From Azolla caroliniana (taxonomy: Eukaryota; Plantae; Polypodiophyta): a stretch of DNA of 64,000 nucleotides. How positions within the stretch are numbered: position 1 is the stretch's first letter; each line of letters begins with the position of its first letter. The notes under the pieces were generated by a model. It was given only the letters and a program-made list of their open reading frames with translations, did no database searches and was not told where the DNA came from. The DNA lies in NCBI GenBank assembly GCA_043228905.1, contig JBHGNT010000011.1, positions 7,254,001 through 7,318,000 of the forward strand, written 5' to 3'. A program made the translations under genes and the position numbers. Below, in pieces: positions 58,252-64,000 of the stretch.

Positions 58252-61200
58252 ATGAAATCGAGCAAGACAGTTGGCAAGTAAGTCTTCTATTACCCAAATT
58301 TAAAGATTCCTAAAGATACCATAAAGATTCTTTTTTATTATCTATAAAATTGAGTGACTTTAATTATAATTAGTTTGGTGTATGTATAATTTCTTCGGTT
58401 TCTTGAGAGAATGTCCTCTCTAATTCGATGCAGTGCATCGGATTAGAAAGTACTTCCTCGCTAACTTGATGAACTACATGGGGGTAGATAGGAAATTAAG
58501 ACAACACATACATAAGAATAAGAGGTTATCGTCCCTAATCCGATGCACTACATTGGATTAGGGAGGATATGATACGACATCCTCTGAAATCCGATGCAAT
58601 GCATCGGATTTCAGAGGTTATCCTCCCCAATCTGATGCAATGCATCGGATTTCAGACGATGTCGTATCATATCCTCCCTAATCCAATGTAGTGCATCGGA
58701 TTAGGGAGAAGATGATCAGGAAACCTCTGAAATCCGATACACTGCATCGGATTAGGGAGAAAATCCTCCCTAATCCGATGAAATGCATCAGATTTCAAAG
58801 GATGTCGTATTATATCCTCTGAAATCTGATGCAATGCATCGGATTTCAGAGGATGTCGTATCATATCCTCCCAAATCCAATGTAATGCATCGGAGTAGGG
58901 AGGAGATGATGAGAAAACCTCTCGTTTTAGAGGATTTCCTCCCTAATCCGATGCAGTGCATCAGATTAGGGAGGAGATGATCAGAAAACCTCTGAAATCC
59001 GACGCAGTGCAATGGATTTCAGAGGATGTCCTCTCTAATCCGATGCACTGCATCGGATTAGGGAGGAGATGATCAGAAAACCTCCCAAATCCGATGCAAT
59101 GCATCGGATTTCAGAGGATGTCCTCTCTAATCCGATGCAGTGCATCGGATTAGGGAGGAGATGATCAGAAAACCTCCCAAATCCGATGCAATGCATCGGA
59201 TTTCAGAGGATGTCCTCTCTAATCCGATGCAGTGCATCGGATTAGGGAGGAGATAATCAGAAAACCTCCCAAATCCGAAGCAATGCATCGGATTTCAGAG
59301 GATGTCCTCTCTAATCCGATGCAGTGCATCGGATTAGGGAGGAGATGATCAGAAAACCTCCCAAATCCGATGCAGTGCATCGGATTAGGGAGGAGAGGAT
59401 AGGAAATCCTCTGAAATCCGATGCACTGCATCGGATTTCAGAGGACGTGCTAGCTTTATTTTAGCTTTATTTTAGGTATATTTAGATGTATTTTATGTAT
59501 ATTTAGGTGTATTTCGTCGTATTTACGTGTCTGTTACATGTACTTAGGTGTATTTATATGTATTTAGTAGTGTTTAGGTGTGTTTAGGTCTACTTACGTG
59601 TATTTAGGTGTGTTTTATGTTTATTTTACGTGTACTTAGGTGTATTGGAGAGTATTCTGTTTAGGGTTTAGTGTATTTAGGTGTGTTTTACATGTACTTA
59701 AGGGTATTTAGGTGCACTTACGTGTATTTAGGTGCGTTTTATGTGTATTTTACGTGTACTACGGTGTATTAAAGAGAATTTAGTTGTGTTTTGGTGTATT
59801 CACGTATACTTTACATTTATTTCACGAAAATATTTTGTTTTCTTCCCTAGTGAGCCCCGTCCGAAGGTGCCCTCTTTCAAGTTGAAGTTCCGGTCTCCGA
59901 CAAAACATGACTCGGAGAGTTTTTTTAAAGAAAAGTCTCGACGATCATTATTCGAGTCCGGAGGTGATGGGACCTCGAAATCATCCGTAGGGAATACGAA
60001 AAATAAACAAATTATGCTCGTGGAAGATAAGTCCACGGAGCATAAGCTAAAAAATTATTCACATGTAGAATGGAGTCTCACTTACATTGAAGAAGATGGG
60101 GTATTGCTCCTCATATTTGCCACGTCGGAAGGAAAAGGAAAGCTTGAATTAGGGAAGACCTTCCCCTATGGTAAAGTTCGTAATTTAGAATATGAAGACA
60201 GTGATTCGTCCATTATCTTCCTCGAAGTTGAGAGCTCAGGTGGTATAAGGCGAGTGCAAGTTGATGAAGGAAACCTAGTACCTGACGTATGCCACCCAAA
60301 ATCTTTGCGAAAAGATATGCAAACAAAGAATAATCTTATTGTAGCTCTTCGGCCTTATGTTACTGGAGAGATGATGAGCACAGAAGCAGAGACTCCGCCT
60401 AAAAAGTCTCGGAAAACAAAACCGGAACATAAAAAATATCAAAAACGACAAATATCTAATGACGAGGACCTCGACGTCTTGGAGTTCGAGGAAGAAGAAG
60501 ACGATGAACAACAACTTGAAATTGTCCCTCCACGAGGGCAAATATCTTCCGGTGTATTGACTTCTGAGCAAAACCGGATTAGAGAAAATATAGCTAGGAC
60601 CAAACTAGTGCGAAAAGGTCAACTCTTCCATCTACCAATTTCTTCAATTCAAAGGCCGCCCATCGACCCTGAAACTAGAAGACGCACGCTCGAGATTAGA
60701 GAGCCACATGCAGTGCATGTACAAAATTTGAAAAGCAAAATGAAGATAAATCCACATGCAACCGTCGTACCTTTTTTGGTTATGGTAGACCCTGAACAAT
60801 GTCCGACAGTTGCTGATTTTAAATATAGCTCTTCAGATGATTATACTTATTATGTTATCGGAGGATCTCATTTAGCTGAAGCCCGACGTCAACTCGTCAA
60901 GGAATATCCGCTCACTCTGTTTTTTAAGTACGCAGAATGTAAAGTATATGCAGGTCTTACTCATGAAGAGGCCAAGTTGTTAGCATGGGACCACAACAAT
61001 GATAATGATTATAGACAAAAGATTTCTTGTATCGAACGCATCAGATTCTTTCACCATGAGTATTTGGATGCATTGCAAAGATTTGGACCCAAGTTGAACC
61101 CTGGCTTACGACGTCAATGTTTACTAGAAGTGGGTATTGCAGTTGACAAGAGTACGAAATCTGAAGGGCTACAGAAATATGACTCATGGTTTCAGCTTGC

Positions 61201-63077
61201 CTTTAGAACAGGTGAGGTATGGGACCTCCAGGATAGAATATTTGGCATGTGGGAGCGCAAGGAGGTCAAAGGTCAACGGGCAAAGAAGGCCAAGGTAGAT
61301 CCACAAGTGGAGATGAAGACAAAGTCACGTAAAAGTGACTTATTTATTGAGGAATTGGCCGAAGATATGAAGTTGCTACCTTGGAGGTCACTACAAGGAA
61401 TTAAAGACGATAGATTGTTAATATCTGTGTTGTCTCGAGTTGCAGCCAAGGAGTTTAGCTTGGACGAGATGGTGACTGAGTTACAAAAGTATGTAAAATT
61501 GAAATGTTTTTCTTTATTCTTGTGCATTTCCTTTGATAACTGATTTCACATTTAATATTTTATTTTTAGTCATAAAGTATACATGAAGATACAAGAATTG
61601 ATGATGAAAAAATTGTGCCTACCAACCTGGGAAGAAGTCGAACAAGCTTGCCCAATAACATCATCATATAAGGCATTAGAAGAGTTCTTCATTGTATTTA
61701 GAGAATGGGTATGTGTATTTTCAATTTGAAAAGATTCAATTATCATTTATCAGATATATTCCTTACAGGAAATGAATTTTGCAGAAACCACCTCGATCAA
61801 AGAAAGTTGGTGATAGTAATGACGGTATTCCAAGTTCGTTCATTACGCACTTGGAACGTGCTAAATACGAAAAAAGAATGACAAAGGGAAAGGAGTTGGA
61901 AGTGCCGGAGGACTTCGCAACAGTAAAAAGTTTTTTGCATAGAGCTGACCCTTTCAAACAATTACATTATAGTGTATTCCAGGGGGATGTGGTGAATATG
62001 CTCGACATATTACCAAAAAGGCACTATACATTACTTATTGCTGATATACCGTACGGATTCTGGATCACGGGTTCCATGTTCGATGATGTGCCTTTCAAGT
62101 ACCCCCAGATTGAGAAGATGGTAAAGGACTTCGTAGAGTTGACCTTAGCACCATTGTGGAGGATAGTCATATTTCATAGCATGGGTCAATCATTGTCAGT
62201 CACAACTGCTTTAAAGTCACGATGTCATGCAACAGAGCATATGCATTGGTGAGTTATACGTTGTTTTTTGATAATATTCTCTTAGATATGTGGTTTATAT
62301 ATGTTCCATTCAAATTTTAACTCATTTGTTTTGGGTTCAATAGGATTAAAACAAATATTACACGTAGCCCTGGCGATCGTATGGTTAGTGCAGTTGAGCA
62401 TCTTAGTGTGGGTTATTATGATGTAATAACGAAGAAGAAGGCTCGGGCACACGTTAATGAAAGAAACGTTGTAAATTATATAATGTGCCCAGCTGTGACA
62501 AAGAAGCTTCGACATGTATCAGGTGAAAAGAGCCTTGTGAACCCTTATCAAAAACCTCAAAGATTGATCAACCGCTTAATCGAGCTCTTCTCAAACCCAG
62601 ATGATTGGGTTCTGGATTTGTTCTCTGGCACAGGTATATGTAATATAATTTTAGTCTCGTTAATTTGATTAAGTTATAGACTTTCATTATTATTTTGACT
62701 TCTGCACTTCTATTTTACGATCAGGTACTACTACAGCTTGTGCATTAAAAATGTTCAGAAACTGTGTCGCGTTGGAGAAGGACCCTGAACAAGTTAACTA
62801 CATCAAAATGAGGATCCAAGGAATCTGGGATTGTCCGGATCAAGATCAAGAAGTCAGAGCGAAGCACATCAATGAAACAGAGAGGTTTCAGATGACTTCA
62901 AGAGAGCCAATGGAACCTATAGATGAAGTCGCAGGGGACCTTGTGGACCTAGAAGATGTAATAGAATTTGAACATATGCATGGTTCAGCGGAGCAAACAA
63001 TCAATGCTACAGAGGACAATTTAGAAGAGTCCATTCATCCAGAAGAGCCCACATTGCCTGACTTGCTTATAGATTGA
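58252..63077 (+). CDS. ParB/Srx-like domain fused to a beta-class N6-adenine/N4-cytosine DNA methyltransferase, 6 exons, 969 aa
   Basis: Predicted exons 58252-58277, 59851-61488, 61570-61708, 61785-62248, 62344-62633 and 62725-63077. All introns are GT-AG with consistent phases (2,2,0,2,1); total 2910 nt with no internal stop. ParB-like: LPISSI...HVQNLKSKM...PFLVMV...YYVIGGSHLAEA...GLTHEEAKLLAWDHN. MTase: QGDV..ML, LLIADIPYG (motif IV), HWIKTN, NPYQKPQRLINRLIELFSNPDDWVLDLFSGTGTT (motifs X-I), RNCVALEKD. Exon 1 is the least certain part. Confidence 0.85.
58419..59445. repeat. Array of about 20 palindromic units (core AATCCGATGCA-N-TGCATCGGATT) with a 92-bp dimeric period in the 3' part
   Basis: Units start at about 58581, 58622, 58673, 58724, 58765, 58817, 58867, 58938, 58989, 59030, 59081, 59122, 59173, 59214, 59265, 59306, 59357 and 59408, with degenerate copies near 58420 and 58533. 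Confidence 0.95.
59450..59815 (+). repeat. Degenerate ~10-bp tandem repeat (TATTTAGGTG / TATTTACGTG / TACTTAGGTG)
   Basis: Strongly G/T-biased periodic tract between the palindrome array and the 3' splice site at 59850. Confidence 0.8.
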
Positions 63078-63743
63078 TTTCTATGGTTAGGTGTATTATT
63101 TGAACGATATTAAATGATAGACATTGACTTGTGACTATTGTTTCATTTGAACACAATTAAAACTTAAAGTTTGAGTTTATTTGGCAAAGTGTATAATTTG
63201 AATGGTATTAATGTTTTACATGTTCTTCAACCTTTCTTTGGAAAGTCTGCAAGGGTTTTTATAGATGATTTTGGCCATCAATAGTGCAAGGATGGGTCAT
63301 CTAGAAACGTTGTGTGCGGATAATCTTTAGTATTTGATTTATGTATAATTTGACTAAGTCTATAATTTTAAGGGTATTAAATGTTTATCTTTGACTTCTA
63401 CCTTCTAGAGTTATAACACTATTAAGTTTTAAAGTTTGACATATTATATGTGATTATATTATAAAATTAGCATCTATGTGATTCTTGGCGTGGGCAACTA
63501 TTTTTATCTTCGCCACAATTACGGTTCAAATGATTAAAGTTGCATATAATTCCATTCCGTTAATTTAGAATTTCACCAAAAACATGACATATGAAATATA
63601 AGACTATTGATTTTCTTGACATAAAATTATTTAGTTGAAATTTTTGCTATGTTTTAAGGAACCATGTACGCATGCGTGGTACCTTTTTGAAATTCTGCTA
63701 AAATAAGGCATATTTTAACATCTCCTCAAGATGTGAAAAAGAG

Positions 63744-63780
63744 AATGCGACATATTACCTGTTTCAAATGTCCTGGTGTT
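63744..63780 (-). repeat. Right TIR
   Basis: Reverse complement AACACCAGGACATTTGAAACAGGTAATATGTCGCATT, 36/37 identical to the left TIR. Confidence 0.95.
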
Positions 63781-64000
63781 ACATGATGTAACGGGTGATA
63801 ACGGCCTCCCTCCTTGGGCTATAAAAGAGAGGGAGAGGTTTTGTCAAAGGGATCACGTTTTGTAGAGGAGAAAGTGTTGCCGGACTAGAACCGAGCTCTT
63901 CTCCTCTGTCTTCTCCATAGTCGTTCTGTGCAAGTTTCGGGAGTCTCCATCTCGCGTTCTGTGTGTGTGTGTGTGTGCAGGCGTCAGAGCCTGTCACTCG

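Larger units (their letters stand above)
54851..63780. mobile_element. Intact 8,930-bp TIR DNA transposon (Sola-like DDE transposase) carrying a ParB-methyltransferase gene
   Basis: 37-bp TIRs with 1 mismatch; TSD ACATG at 54846-54850 and 63781-63785; the empty site GGAATAAACATGATGTAACGGG is present in the sister 5' LTR at about 48473-48494; two uninterrupted divergent genes. Confidence 0.96.
48291..64000 (+). mobile_element. Ty3/gypsy LTR retrotransposon primed by tRNA-Trp; 3' LTR split by a DNA transposon and running off the window
   Basis: 5' LTR 48291-48979 (TGTCGTGG...CGCGACA); 3' LTR 54657-54850 and 63786-64000+; PPT-like tract 54644-54656; gag, PR (ALVDHDSEINL), RT (PFLDDILIKG), RH (VDTSPTGIG), IN (H..C..C, NGKVE). 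Confidence 0.93.

Noticed and set aside
58419-59445. CRISPR-like appearance of regularly spaced palindromic repeats
   Set aside because: The intervening sequences are short and themselves repeated (92-bp tandem unit), not unique spacers; there are no cas genes, and the context is a eukaryotic intron.
59655-59710. Interstitial telomere
   Set aside because: Only isolated TTTAGGG/TTAGGG matches within a 10-bp repeat; no tandem heptamer array.
59732-59850. N-terminus of the 603-aa ORF (MRFMCILRVL...)
   Set aside because: It starts at GTG inside the 10-bp repeat tract; a polypyrimidine/AG acceptor at 59841-59850 indicates intron sequence. The ORF tails after 61488, 62248 and 62633 are likewise intronic.
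54851-63780. Bacterial or phage contamination as the source of the ParB-MTase
   Set aside because: The gene has five phase-consistent spliceosomal introns and lies inside TIRs with a TSD in a plant-type LTR whose two halves match the sister LTR.

Overview
Plant-type heterochromatic DNA, probably from a bryophyte or other non-seed land plant (inference from the element types). It consists almost entirely of nested, decayed LTR retrotransposons: two Ty1/copia families, several Ty3/gypsy elements (one a chromodomain element with an apparent self-priming PBS, one primed by tRNA-Trp) and a MITE-like insert. Many insertions can be bounded exactly by TG...CA LTR ends and 5-bp target-site duplications (TSDs). 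The outstanding feature is an apparently intact 8,930-bp cut-and-paste DNA transposon (54851-63780; 37-bp TIRs, 5-bp TSD ACATG) inserted in the 3' LTR of a gypsy element. It carries two divergent genes. One is a 917-aa Sola-like/DUF7869-type DDE transposase. The other is a 6-exon, 969-aa protein fusing a ParB/Sulfiredoxin-like domain to a prokaryote/phage-type beta-class N6A/N4C DNA methyltransferase. The predicted first intron of the second gene holds about 20 copies of a 23-39 bp palindrome (AATCCGATGCA-N-TGCATCGGATT). No host genes, RNA genes or CRISPR arrays were identified. All domain calls are by-eye motif recognition; no database searches were run.
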